Origin: Sulfurirhabdus sp.
Lineage (GTDB): Bacteria > Pseudomonadota > Gammaproteobacteria > Burkholderiales > SMCO01
Assembly (NCBI GenBank): GCA_043759595.1
Contig: JAYVLG010000071.1
Coordinates: 5,495-29,494 of the forward strand
Length of the DNA: 24,000 nt
Reading direction: 5' to 3'
Position numbers and translations under genes: made by a program. Within the stretch, counting starts at the first letter, position 1. Every line of letters begins with the position of its first letter. Shown here piece by piece: positions 9,030-16,497 of the stretch. The notes below the pieces were generated by a model. That model was not told where the DNA came from. It was given only the letters and a program-made list of their open reading frames with translations, and did no database searches.

Positions 9030-9871
9030 TAACCAAACAACCTTGCCAGCTCCTGACCCGGATCAGAGGCGCGCATGAATGCTTCACCGACGAGGAAGGT
9101 GTGGACGTTGTGATTACGCATGAGTGCGACGTCTTCTGGTTTGTGAATGCCGCTTTCGGTGACGACTATTCGGTCCGCAGGGATGTTTGACAACAATTCG
9201 AGGGTGGTTTCGAGGCGGGTTTCGAAGGTGCGCAAGTTTCGATTGTTGATGCCAATCAGGGGGGTGGTGAGTTGCAGGGCGATATCCAGTTCGGTGCTGT
9301 CGTGTACTTCTACCAGTACGGCCATGCCTAGTTTATGGGCTAGTTTCTCCAGTTCCTGCATGGCGGCAAGATTGAAGGTTGCGGCACCCTCTCCCCTGCC
9401 CTCTCCCATCGAGGGAGAGGGGGTTTGAAAGGCGGCGACTATGATCAATATGGCATCGGCTCCCATTGCGCGGGCTTCGTAGACTTGATACGGGTCTATC
9501 ATGAAATCTTTGCGCAATACTGGCAGGTTACAGGCTGCGCGGGCTTGTTTGAGATATTCTGCATTCCCCTGAAAAAATTGCTCGTCTGTTAATACAGACA
9601 GGCAAGCTGCACCATGTTGGGCGTAGCTTTGTGCAATTTCGGCGGGATTGAAATTTTCGCGTAGCAGGCCTTTGCTGGGGCTGGCTTTTTTGATTTCTGA
9701 AATAACAGCTGATTTGTCGGCCTGAATTTTGTTGCGAATGGCGGCTACAAAATCTCTTGGAGCGGGTTGTGCCTGGGCTTCTGCCTTGACCGCGTGTAAC
9801 GGTTTTGCGACTTTTGCTGTGGCTACTTCTTGCGCTTTGACGGAGAGGATTTTATTTAGGATATCGGACAT
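9029..9871 (-). CDS. trpC: indole-3-glycerol phosphate synthase, carrying an in-frame repeat-derived insertion
   Basis: 280 aa: [55 protein letters not shown]. There is an extra segment [19 protein letters not shown] between ILIIVAA and the following helix. Confidence 0.93.
   Translation of the reverse strand: MSDILNKILSVKAQEVATAKVAKPLHAVKAEAQAQPAPRDFVAAIRNKIQADKSAVISEIKKASPSKGLLRENFNPAEIAQSYAQHGAACLSVLTDEQFFQGNAEYLKQARAACNLPVLRKDFMIDPYQVYEARAMGADAILIIVAAFQTPSPSMGEGRGEGAATFNLAAMQELEKLAHKLGMAVLVEVHDSTELDIALQLTTPLIGINNRNLRTFETRLETTLELLSNIPADRIVVTESGIHKPEDVALMRNHNVHTFLVGEAFMRASDPGQELARLFG
9385..9423 (+). repeat. family C hairpin repeat, copy C1, inside the trpC coding sequence
   Basis: caccctctcccctgccctctcccatcgagggagaggggg, 37/39 identical to C6 at 12095-12133. 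It is translated on the minus strand as [12 protein letters not shown]. Confidence 0.9.
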
Positions 9872-9879
9872 AGTTTTTA

Positions 9880-9899
9880 TTCACCGCAAAGGCGCAGAG
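9880..9899 (+). repeat. family A repeat, copy A4 (two-octamer short form)
   Basis: ttcaccgcaaaggcgcagag. The head lies 9 nt upstream of the trpC ATG on the mRNA strand. Confidence 0.8.
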
Positions 9900-9974
9900 T
9901 AATTTAAATTAAGTTCAAGTACACCGGCACAAGAGTTACACATTATATTGCTCATATTTCCTAGCATGGTATTT

Positions 9975-10002
9975 TTAACCGCAGAGGCGCGGAGGCGCAG
10001 AG
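9975..10002 (+). repeat. family A repeat, copy A5 (encodes the C-terminus and stop of the GxxExxY gene)
   Basis: ttaaccgcagaggcgcggaggcgcagag. Its rc encodes ...SAPPRLCG*. Confidence 0.9.
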
Positions 10003-10409
10003 GTTTCTTGGAGCTGGTTCACTAGTCTCTTAATTCCAAGCTTTAGAATGGGAACATTGAAATTAATTAGCAGCCCTACGGTGCATGGGTATAGTTTGAG
10101 ATAGGTTAGCAACTGCGCTTCATGAATTGGGGCTAGTTTTTCGACTGTTTTAAGTTCAATGATTACGCTTCCTTCAACAACCAAATCCAGCATATAACCA
10201 CAATCCAGTTTTATATTCTTATAGCTGACTGGCAACGCTACTTGCCTGCGAAAACTGAGGCCTTGGCTGGATATTTCATAGCACAGGCACTCTTCATAGG
10301 CAGATTCCAACAGTCCGGGGCCTAGCGTACGGTGCACTTCAATTGCGCAACCAATGATCGCCTCGGTAATTTGGTTTTCACTCTGCGCCTCTGCGCCTCC
10401 GCGGTTCAT
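9975..10409 (-). CDS. GxxExxY family protein (PD-(D/E)XK nuclease superfamily fold)
   Basis: 144 aa with [25 protein letters not shown] (GLLESAY is the GxxExxY motif) and [13 protein letters not shown] (D...ExK). The ATG overlaps the trpD stop as ATGA (10406-10409). No SD. Confidence 0.85.
   Translation of the reverse strand: MNRGGAEAQSENQITEAIIGCAIEVHRTLGPGLLESAYEECLCYEISSQGLSFRRQVALPVSYKNIKLDCGYMLDLVVEGSVIIELKTVEKLAPIHEAQLLTYLKLYPCTVGLLINFNVPILKLGIKRLVNQLQETSAPPRLCG
10381..10408 (-). repeat. family A repeat, copy A6 (encodes the N-terminus of the GxxExxY gene)
   Basis: ctctgcgcctctgcgcctccgcggttca. Its rc encodes [10 protein letters not shown]. The octamer order is permuted relative to A5. 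Confidence 0.9.
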
Positions 10410-11434
10410 TGCACTTTAAACTGATTTGAAAATGCTACCAGTTGTTGCAACTTGGCTTTGGCTGCTCCGTTTTCCAAAACTGCTTGGGCTTTTGCGACCC
10501 CTTCAGCCAGCGTGTCCGCCAGACCGGATGTGTATATTGCCGCGCCTGCATTAAGAGCTACGATATCGCGCGCCGAGCCGGGCTGATTTTCAAGCGCTGT
10601 CATCAACATGGCTTGAGCTTCTTCCAGATTGTGCACTTCCAGCGTGCTGGAACTGCTGGTGGCCAGGCCAAACTGGGCTGGGTTCAATATATATTCTTTT
10701 ACGTTACCGTCTTTCAGTTCTGCTACGTAGGTATCTCCCGCCAGGGAAATTTCATCGAGGCCATCTGCGGCATGCACGACCATGACATGGCGGCTACCCA
10801 GTTCTTTCAGGACATGGGCCAGCTTGCCTACCAGATCTTTGCTGAACACCCCCATCACCTGATTTTTTGCACCGGCTGGGTTGGTCATTGGGCCCAGTAA
10901 ATTGAACAAGGTACGCACACCCAGCTCCCGACGCACAGGTGCTGCATGTTTCATGGCGCTGTGGTGGTTGGGGGCAAACATGAAGCCGACACCGATTTCT
11001 TTTACCGATTGCGCGACCTGATCCGGGGTGACATTCACATTCACACCCAGCACTTCCAGTACATCGGCACTGCCACAAGTACTGGATACAGAACGTCCAC
11101 CATGCTTGGCAACTTTGGCGCCTGCTGCGGCGGCGACCAGTGCGCTGGCTGTGGAGATATTAAAGGTATGGGTGCCATCGCCACCGGTGCCGCAGGTGTC
11201 AACGACATGTTCCAGATCTTGCAGGGGTACTTTGGTGGCCAGTTCACGCATTACGTGGGCTGCGGCAGCGAGTTCGGTGACAGTTTCGCCTTTGCAGCGC
11301 AAGCCGATCAGTATGCCGGCAATTTGTACGGGGGTCATTTCGCCCCCCATGATTTGCTGCATGACTGCGAGCATTTCTTCGCGGGTGAGGTCGCGTTTTT
11401 CTATTAAGGCTGTAATTGCGGTTTTAGCGTCCAT
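10406..11434 (-). CDS. trpD: anthranilate phosphoribosyltransferase
   Basis: 342 aa: [45 protein letters not shown]. Confidence 0.95.
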   Translation of the reverse strand: MDAKTAITALIEKRDLTREEMLAVMQQIMGGEMTPVQIAGILIGLRCKGETVTELAAAAHVMRELATKVPLQDLEHVVDTCGTGGDGTHTFNISTASALVAAAAGAKVAKHGGRSVSSTCGSADVLEVLGVNVNVTPDQVAQSVKEIGVGFMFAPNHHSAMKHAAPVRRELGVRTLFNLLGPMTNPAGAKNQVMGVFSKDLVGKLAHVLKELGSRHVMVVHAADGLDEISLAGDTYVAELKDGNVKEYILNPAQFGLATSSSSTLEVHNLEEAQAMLMTALENQPGSARDIVALNAGAAIYTSGLADTLAEGVAKAQAVLENGAAKAKLQQLVAFSNQFKVQ

Positions 11435-11456
11435 TTATATTGCACCTGTTATTTTA

Positions 11457-11495
11457 CTCCCTCTCCCTTGATGGGAGAGGGCTGGGGAGAGGGTG
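11457..11495 (-). repeat. family C repeat, copy C2
   Basis: Its rc, caccctctccccagccctctcccatcaagggagagggag, is 38/39 identical to C6. Confidence 0.9.
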
Positions 11496-11514
11496 GAGAA
11501 ATAACGTTGGTTCG

Positions 11515-11553
11515 CCCCCTCTTCCTGTCCTTCTCCCACGAGGGGAGAAGGGA
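11515..11553 (+). repeat. family C repeat, copy C3 (diverged)
   Basis: ccccctcttcctgtccttctcccacgaggggagaaggga. It has the same architecture, with hairpin TTCTCCC-ACGA-GGGGAGAA. Confidence 0.75.
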
Positions 11554-11589
11554 CCTGCTAATCAGTTCTCATCCGGAAACATCTGTTTT

Positions 11590-11628
11590 TTCCTCCCCCT
11601 TGATGGGGGAAAGCCAGGGAGAGGATGG
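11590..11628 (-). repeat. family C repeat, copy C4 (diverged)
   Basis: ttcctcccccttgatgggggaaagccagggagaggatgg. Confidence 0.7.
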
Positions 11629-11646
11629 TAACGCCTTGAAATTTAA

Positions 11647-11684
11647 CCCCTATCCCCAGCCCTCTCCCACAAGGGGAGAGGGAG
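11647..11684 (+). repeat. family C repeat, copy C5
   Basis: cccctatccccagccctctcccacaaggggagagggag. Confidence 0.8.
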
Positions 11685-11750
11685 ATGTAGTGTTTCCGGA
11701 TGGGAACTAATTAATATGATCTTATAATGCCGACACCCAAGCTTTTGGCT

Positions 11751-12119
11751 CTACCGCATTAAATGTTGGGTAATGACATCCCATACACCATCCATATTCT
11801 GCAACACATCATGATTCCAGAATCTTAACACTTCAAACCCTTGTGATTGGAGCCAGCTTGTCCTTGTTTCGTCTTTTATTTCATGCACTGGGTCTGCATG
11901 TTTGCCCCCATCCAGCTCTACCACCAATTTTTTCTCGAAGCAGACAAAATCTACCACATAGTTGCCTATGGGTTGCTGCCGTTTGAATTTGCATCCATGC
12001 AACTGTTTGGCTCGCAGTTGCTGCCATAGCTTTTTTTCAGCTTCGGTGATGTTTTTTCTTAGCTGTTTGGCTATGTCGGTTAAATGGTTTGGCACACCCT
12101 CTCCCCTGCCCTCTCCCAT
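11751..12119 (-). CDS. DUF559 domain endonuclease-like protein (Vsr-like PD-(D/E)XK fold)
   Basis: LRKNITEAEKKLWQQLR...FKRQQPIGNYVVDFVCFEKKLVVELDGGKHAD...RTSWLQSQGFEVLRFWNHDV is the DUF559 pattern. The ATG at 12119 (or TTG at 12122) lies in the loop of repeat C6, and the N-terminus MGEGRGEG is repeat-encoded. No SD. Confidence 0.8.
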   Translation of the reverse strand: MGEGRGEGVPNHLTDIAKQLRKNITEAEKKLWQQLRAKQLHGCKFKRQQPIGNYVVDFVCFEKKLVVELDGGKHADPVHEIKDETRTSWLQSQGFEVLRFWNHDVLQNMDGVWDVITQHLMR

Positions 12120-12133
12120 CAAGGGAGAGGGAG
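12095..12133 (+). repeat. family C repeat, copy C6 (contains the DUF559 start codon; ends 1 nt from the trpG stop)
   Basis: caccctctcccctgccctctcccatcaagggagagggag. Confidence 0.9.
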
Positions 12134-12134
12134 T

Positions 12135-12704
12135 TTAAGTGCCTCCGCGCAGAAAATTAGCCAGCATTTCGTGCCCGTATTCGGTAAGTATGGATTCCGG
12201 GTGGAATTGCACGCCTTCTACGGCCAGGGTTTTATGACGCACGCCCATGATTTCCTGATCTTCTGTCCAGGCAGTGATTTCCAGGCAATCTGGCAAGCTT
12301 TCACGTTCGATCACCAATGAATGATAGCGTGTGGCATTGAACGGGTTTGCCAAACCTTTAAACACGCCGATATCTTTGTGATATACCTGTGAGGTTTTGC
12401 CATGCATGAGCTGTTTGGCATGGACTATCTTGCCGCCGAATGCCTGGCCGATACTCTGATGCCCCAGACAGACACCTAAAATAGGCGTCTTTCCTGCAAA
12501 CTGCTTTATTAACGGTACGGAAATGCCGGCTTCGTTGGGTGTGCAGGGGCCGGGAGAAATGACAATATGGGTGGGGTTCAATACGGCCACCTGATTCAGG
12601 TCTATTTCATCATTTCGGTACACCACGACTTCCTGGTTTAACTCTCCAAAATACTGAACGAGGTTGTAGGTGAAGGAGTCGTAATTGTCGATCATTAACA
12701 GCAT
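12135..12704 (-). CDS. trpG: anthranilate synthase component II (glutamine amidotransferase)
   Basis: 189 aa: [26 protein letters not shown] (catalytic Cys), [13 protein letters not shown]. Confidence 0.93.
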   Translation of the reverse strand: MLLMIDNYDSFTYNLVQYFGELNQEVVVYRNDEIDLNQVAVLNPTHIVISPGPCTPNEAGISVPLIKQFAGKTPILGVCLGHQSIGQAFGGKIVHAKQLMHGKTSQVYHKDIGVFKGLANPFNATRYHSLVIERESLPDCLEITAWTEDQEIMGVRHKTLAVEGVQFHPESILTEYGHEMLANFLRGGT

Positions 12705-12709
12705 ATTTT

Positions 12710-12737
12710 TTCACCACAGCGGCACAGAGGCATAGAG
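12710..12737 (+). repeat. family A repeat, copy A7 (decayed, 6 mismatches)
   Basis: ttcaccacagcggcacagaggcatagag. The head lies 6 nt upstream of the trpG ATG on the mRNA strand. Confidence 0.7.
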
Positions 12738-12797
12738 AAAGTCAAAACCATTATTTGAATCTCTTTGATTCGTTTTTTAGCATTGAGCGAGTTGGCA

Positions 12798-14276
12798 TTA
12801 GTCATGGGCTGTTTCCCCCAATCCGGCGAGTACCAGTTCTGCGGCACGTAGCACGGCCCGGGCTTTATTCTGGGTTTCTGTCCATTCGCTTTGTGGTACG
12901 GAATCCGCCACGATGCCGGCGCCAGCCTGGACGTACAGGGTGTCATCCTGAATCACAGCTGTGCGGATGGCGATGGCTAAATCCATGTCACCATTAAATC
13001 CCAGATAACCGACTGCGCCAGCGTAAACACCGCGTTTGGTAGGTTCCAGTTCGTCGATAATTTCCATGGCGCGCACTTTGGCTGCGCCGGACACCGTTCC
13101 GGCCGGGAAGGTGGCGCGCAGTACGTCCATATTATTGAGGCCGGGTTTTAGCTTGGCTTCTACATTGGAAACAATGTGCATCACATGGGAATAATGTTCG
13201 ATATTCATGTTTTCCGTGACTTTGACGCTGCCTGTCTGCGCTACCCGTCCAATGTCGTTGCGACCCAGATCCATCAGCATGAGGTGCTCAGCCAGTTCTT
13301 TGGGATCGGACAGCAAGTCTTTGGCCAAGGCTTCATCTTCTTCACGGGTAATGCCACGAGGGCGAGTACCGGCTATAGGTCTGACAGTGACTTCATCGCC
13401 TTCCTGGCGCACCAGAATTTCTGGCGAGGCACCAACCACATGGAAACCGCCCATGTCGTAATAAAACATGTACGGAGAAGGATTGAGGCTACGCAATGCG
13501 CGATACAAGGAAAGGGGTGAAGCAATAAATGGCTGGCTCATGCGTTGCGACAGCACAACCTGCATGATGTCGCCGTCAAAAATATATTGCTTGGCGCGCT
13601 CAACGGCTGCTTTGAAAGCGTCTTCACCAAATTCGGATACCGCTTGCACTGGCCCAACCGGCGCATGTAATGAAGCATCTACCGGCCGACTCAGGTTCCT
13701 GCCCAATTCATGCAAGCGTTGCTGTGCCAGCAAATAGGCATCAGGAACAAACGGGTCTGCATACACAATCAGATAGAGCTTGCCGGAAAGATTATCTACG
13801 ACAGCCAATTCTTCTGACAAAAGCAGCAAAATGTCCGGCATGTGGAGCGTATCGGGCTTGCTGGATTTGGCTAGTTTTGGCTCAATGTAACGAACGGTGT
13901 CGTAGCCAAAGTAACCTACCAGACCACCCCCGAACCGGGGCAGCCCAGGGCGGGGAGCAACATTGAAGCGCTGCATGTAGTCGCTGATGAAGGCCAGCGG
14001 ATCAGCGACGTCCTGTTGTTCCAGAATGCCTTCGTTATTTTCTACAGTGACCAGATGGCCATGCACACGAATGCGGGTTTTGGCAGGCAGGCCGATAAAT
14101 GAGTAGCGACCAAAACGTTCGCCCCCCTGCACGGATTCCAGCAGGTAGGAGAAAGGCTGATTCGCCAGTTTGAGATAAACCGATAAAGGCGTGTCCAGAT
14201 CGGACAGCATTTCTTTTACCAGCGGAATCCGGTTGTAGCCCTGACGGGCCAGTTCGATAAATTCTTGTTCAGTCAT
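12798..14276 (-). CDS. trpE: anthranilate synthase component I
   Basis: 492 aa: [65 protein letters not shown]. Confidence 0.95.
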   Translation of the reverse strand: MTEQEFIELARQGYNRIPLVKEMLSDLDTPLSVYLKLANQPFSYLLESVQGGERFGRYSFIGLPAKTRIRVHGHLVTVENNEGILEQQDVADPLAFISDYMQRFNVAPRPGLPRFGGGLVGYFGYDTVRYIEPKLAKSSKPDTLHMPDILLLLSEELAVVDNLSGKLYLIVYADPFVPDAYLLAQQRLHELGRNLSRPVDASLHAPVGPVQAVSEFGEDAFKAAVERAKQYIFDGDIMQVVLSQRMSQPFIASPLSLYRALRSLNPSPYMFYYDMGGFHVVGASPEILVRQEGDEVTVRPIAGTRPRGITREEDEALAKDLLSDPKELAEHLMLMDLGRNDIGRVAQTGSVKVTENMNIEHYSHVMHIVSNVEAKLKPGLNNMDVLRATFPAGTVSGAAKVRAMEIIDELEPTKRGVYAGAVGYLGFNGDMDLAIAIRTAVIQDDTLYVQAGAGIVADSVPQSEWTETQNKARAVLRAAELVLAGLGETAHD

Positions 14277-14281
14277 GATTT

Positions 14282-14309
14282 TTCACCACAGAGACAATGA
14301 GACACAGAG
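14282..14309 (+). repeat. family A repeat, copy A8 (decayed, 7 mismatches)
   Basis: ttcaccacagagacaatgagacacagag. The head lies 6 nt upstream of the trpE ATG on the mRNA strand. Confidence 0.7.
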
Positions 14310-14354
14310 AAAACGTTAAATACAAACCATCCGGCTTGCGCCAAACGTAAGCAC

Positions 14355-14386
14355 AAAAGGACAGCATCGCCATGATGCTGCCTTTG
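14355..14386 (-). terminator. candidate terminator downstream of gph
   Basis: On the minus strand, GGCAGCATC-ATGGC-GATGCTGTCC is followed by TTTTGTGCTT. Confidence 0.5.
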
Positions 14387-14399
14387 TACTGATTTGTGC

Positions 14400-14419
14400 C
14401 TCTGCGCCTTTGTGGTTCA
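14400..14419 (-). repeat. family A repeat, copy A9 (two-octamer short form)
   Basis: ctctgcgcctttgtggttca, whose rc resembles A4. It lies 5 nt from the gph stop. Confidence 0.7.
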
Positions 14420-14424
14420 CGCCA

Positions 14425-15111
14425 TTAAGCCTTTTTAATAAGCTTGACTGCATCCAGCAGCGTTGGCACAACTGCATCCAGATCCAATTCATCCACACTG
14501 CGCCCACGGTTATAACCATAAGGGACGCAGAATACATGACACTTTGCTGCTCGTGCAGCCTGGGTATCATTGAGCGAATCACCGATCAGGAGCAGCTCCT
14601 GCGGGGTAATGCCGAAATGTTCGCAGGCATGCAGCAAAGGCATCGGGTCGGGTTTCTTTTTAGGTAACGTATCACCAGAAAGAATCAGCTCGAAATAATC
14701 GAACAGCCCGGTATCTTTCAACAGCGGCACCGTGAATTTTTCTGCCTTGTTGGTAATACATGCCATGCGGTAACCTGCCTGTTTCATGGCTTGCAACCCT
14801 TCCACTACGCCGGGGAAAGGGCGACTTTGTGCACTGACCACTTGCATATAGTGCTTTTCGTAGACGGGCAGTGCACGGCCGAACAATTCTGCATCGGGTT
14901 CAGCCGTCATATCACGCGTCAGTACGCGCTTTACCAGCCGAGATACGCCATTTCCAATATAGCTTTTTACTGTATCCAGATCAATTGCCGGCAATGCCAG
15001 TTCACTGGCCATACGGGTTGCTGCTTCAGCCAGATCCGGGGCGGTATGCAGCAATGTACCATCCAGATCAATTACGACCGCTTTTACTGCAATAGGAAAC
15101 TTTTCTTGCAT
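14425..15111 (-). CDS. gph: phosphoglycolate phosphatase (HAD superfamily)
   Basis: 228 aa with the VVIDLDGTLLHT HAD motif I, ITNK, and GDSLNDTQAARAA motif IV. It lies in the conserved position between rpe and trpE. Confidence 0.88.
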   Translation of the reverse strand: MQEKFPIAVKAVVIDLDGTLLHTAPDLAEAATRMASELALPAIDLDTVKSYIGNGVSRLVKRVLTRDMTAEPDAELFGRALPVYEKHYMQVVSAQSRPFPGVVEGLQAMKQAGYRMACITNKAEKFTVPLLKDTGLFDYFELILSGDTLPKKKPDPMPLLHACEHFGITPQELLLIGDSLNDTQAARAAKCHVFCVPYGYNRGRSVDELDLDAVVPTLLDAVKLIKKA

Positions 15112-15176
15112 TTGATCATAGCCTTTATTGCGACTGAGAACGCTTACGCATTCTTAGTCAGTATTGTTTGAATATT

Positions 15177-15860
15177 TTAAACTTTTGCCAGTTCAGCGCG
15201 CATTTCTGCGATCACTGTTTCGTAGCGATGCGGATCGCTGTCTTTCCCAGCACCGTAGACAGCTGAACCCGCTACAAAGGTATCTGCACCTGCGCGAGCG
15301 ATTTCGGCAATGTTATTGACCTTTACGCCACCGTCCACTTCCAGCCAGATATCTTTGCCGGTTGCATCGATCAATTTTCGCACCGTGCGCAATTTGTTCA
15401 GCGCCTCAGGGATGAAAGACTGGCCGCCGAATCCGGGGTTAACCGACATAATCAGTACCATATCCAGCTTTTCCAGCACGTGATCCAGATAATGCAACGG
15501 GGTGCCTGGGTTAAATACCATGCCGGCTTTGCAACCACATTCCTTGATCAGACCAATGGTGCGATCGATATGTTCGGAAGCCTCAGGGTGAAAAGTGATC
15601 ATGTTGGCGCCCGCTTTGGCAAAATCCGGGATGATACGATCCACTGGTTTGACCATCAGGTGCACATCAATCATGGCATCGGTCAGCGGGCGGATTGCTT
15701 CGCACACCAGTGGTCCAATGGTCAAATTGGGGACGTAATGATTGTCCATGACATCAAAATGGATAATGTCTGCGCCGGAGGCGAGGACATCGGTAATTTC
15801 CTGGCCCAGTTTGGCGAAGTTTGCAGATAATATGCTTGGCGCAATTTTAAACTTGGACAT
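15177..15860 (-). CDS. rpe: ribulose-phosphate 3-epimerase
   Basis: Start taken at [15 protein letters not shown] (AGGGGA SD). [31 protein letters not shown]. The ORF-track start at 15905 adds 15 unlikely residues. Confidence 0.93.
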   Translation of the reverse strand: MSKFKIAPSILSANFAKLGQEITDVLASGADIIHFDVMDNHYVPNLTIGPLVCEAIRPLTDAMIDVHLMVKPVDRIIPDFAKAGANMITFHPEASEHIDRTIGLIKECGCKAGMVFNPGTPLHYLDHVLEKLDMVLIMSVNPGFGGQSFIPEALNKLRTVRKLIDATGKDIWLEVDGGVKVNNIAEIARAGADTFVAGSAVYGAGKDSDPHRYETVIAEMRAELAKV

Positions 15861-16044
15861 GACATCCCCTATAAAGATTGAAAGTTTGATCAAACATAAC
15901 TTCAAATTGCATTATGTTTTCTCTAAACGCAAAAACCTTTATTCTACCTTCAAATAGTTGCGCTGGACATAGGGTGCGATTCCAGAATCAATCAATTTAT
16001 GCAAATCACTTGCGAGTTGACCCATTTTCGTGTGCAATAGCGTT

Positions 16045-16428
16045 ATGGCTGATAGCAAAAAATACGAAATTACCGTGACACCAAAAACCGTTTTCATTCC
16101 CGAGCAATCGGATGAAGATAACAACCGTTATGTGTTCGCTTATACCATGACTATTACCAATACAGGTAACATGGCTGCGCAACTGATTAGCCGTCACTGG
16201 TTAATTACGGATGCAGAGAATCAGGTTCAGGAAGTGCGCGGACTGGGTGTCATTGGTGAACAACCCCTGCTCAAGCCGGGTGAGAGTTTTGAATATTCCA
16301 GCGGTACGGCCATTGCCACGCCTGTTGGCACCATGCGCGGCAGTTACCAGATGGTTGCTGAAGACGGCATTAAATTTGATGCCACCGTGCCTGAATTTAC
16401 CCTGAGCATGCCGCGAGTGCTGCACTAA
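16045..16428 (+). CDS. apaG: ApaG (DUF525) protein
   Basis: YEITVTPKTVFIPEQSDEDNNRYVFAYTMTITNTG...SRHWLITDA...VRGLGVIGEQPLLKPGESFEYSSG is the ApaG pattern. ATG at 16045 is preferred over GTG at 16030. Confidence 0.85.
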   Translation: MADSKKYEITVTPKTVFIPEQSDEDNNRYVFAYTMTITNTGNMAAQLISRHWLITDAENQVQEVRGLGVIGEQPLLKPGESFEYSSGTAIATPVGTMRGSYQMVAEDGIKFDATVPEFTLSMPRVLH

Positions 16429-16497
16429 CAAGAACCACTTGCGCTGCGTTCTGGCAACATTTCTTTCAATCAGCGCAAACCTTAGCCTTCAGATTTC

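Larger units (their letters stand above)
9975..10408 (-). mobile_element. 434-bp unit: GxxExxY nuclease-fold gene bounded by 28-nt inverted family A repeats
   Basis: A5 and rc(A6) are 25/28 identical. Both protein termini are repeat-encoded. The unit sits between trpD and trpC. Confidence 0.55.
11558..11714. mobile_element. nested MITE-like element: family D terminal inverted repeats enclosing two family C copies
   Basis: The left end ctaatcagttctcatccggaaaca (11558-11581) and right end tgtttccggatgggaactaattaa (11691-11714) are inverted repeats (about 21/24). C4 and C5 lie inside. Confidence 0.65.
14282..14419. mobile_element. second gene-less inverted pair of family A repeats (138 bp) containing the gph terminator hairpin
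   Basis: A8 (+) and A9 (-) are separated by 90 bp, nearly the same size as the 8859-8998 pair. Confidence 0.45.

Noticed and set aside
10442-11471. Long antisense ORFs (147-153 aa) opposite trpD, with similar ones opposite trpE (13176-13966) and the TonB-like gene (18674-19072)
   Set aside because: They are shadow ORFs on the strand opposite well-supported conserved genes, with Arg/Gly/Cys/His-rich nonsense composition.
11468-11710. 80-aa plus-strand ORF (MMGEGWGEGGEITLV...) and the overlapping 63-aa ORF at 11440-11631
   Set aside because: They are composed entirely of family C/D repeat copies, which happen to be stop-free. There is a TTG start, no SD and low-complexity sequence, so this is an artefact of repeat composition.
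11457-11714. Possible CRISPR array, because of several similar ~39-nt repeats in a row
   Set aside because: The repeats alternate in orientation, are imperfect, have irregular short spacers (19-36 nt) that are themselves repeat-derived, and the same repeat occurs singly elsewhere. This is not CRISPR architecture.
14277-14424. Classical trp leader peptide / attenuator upstream of trpE
   Set aside because: The only small minus-strand ORF in the leader has a single Trp codon and no tandem Trp. The hairpin there is better explained as the gph terminator inside a repeat pair.
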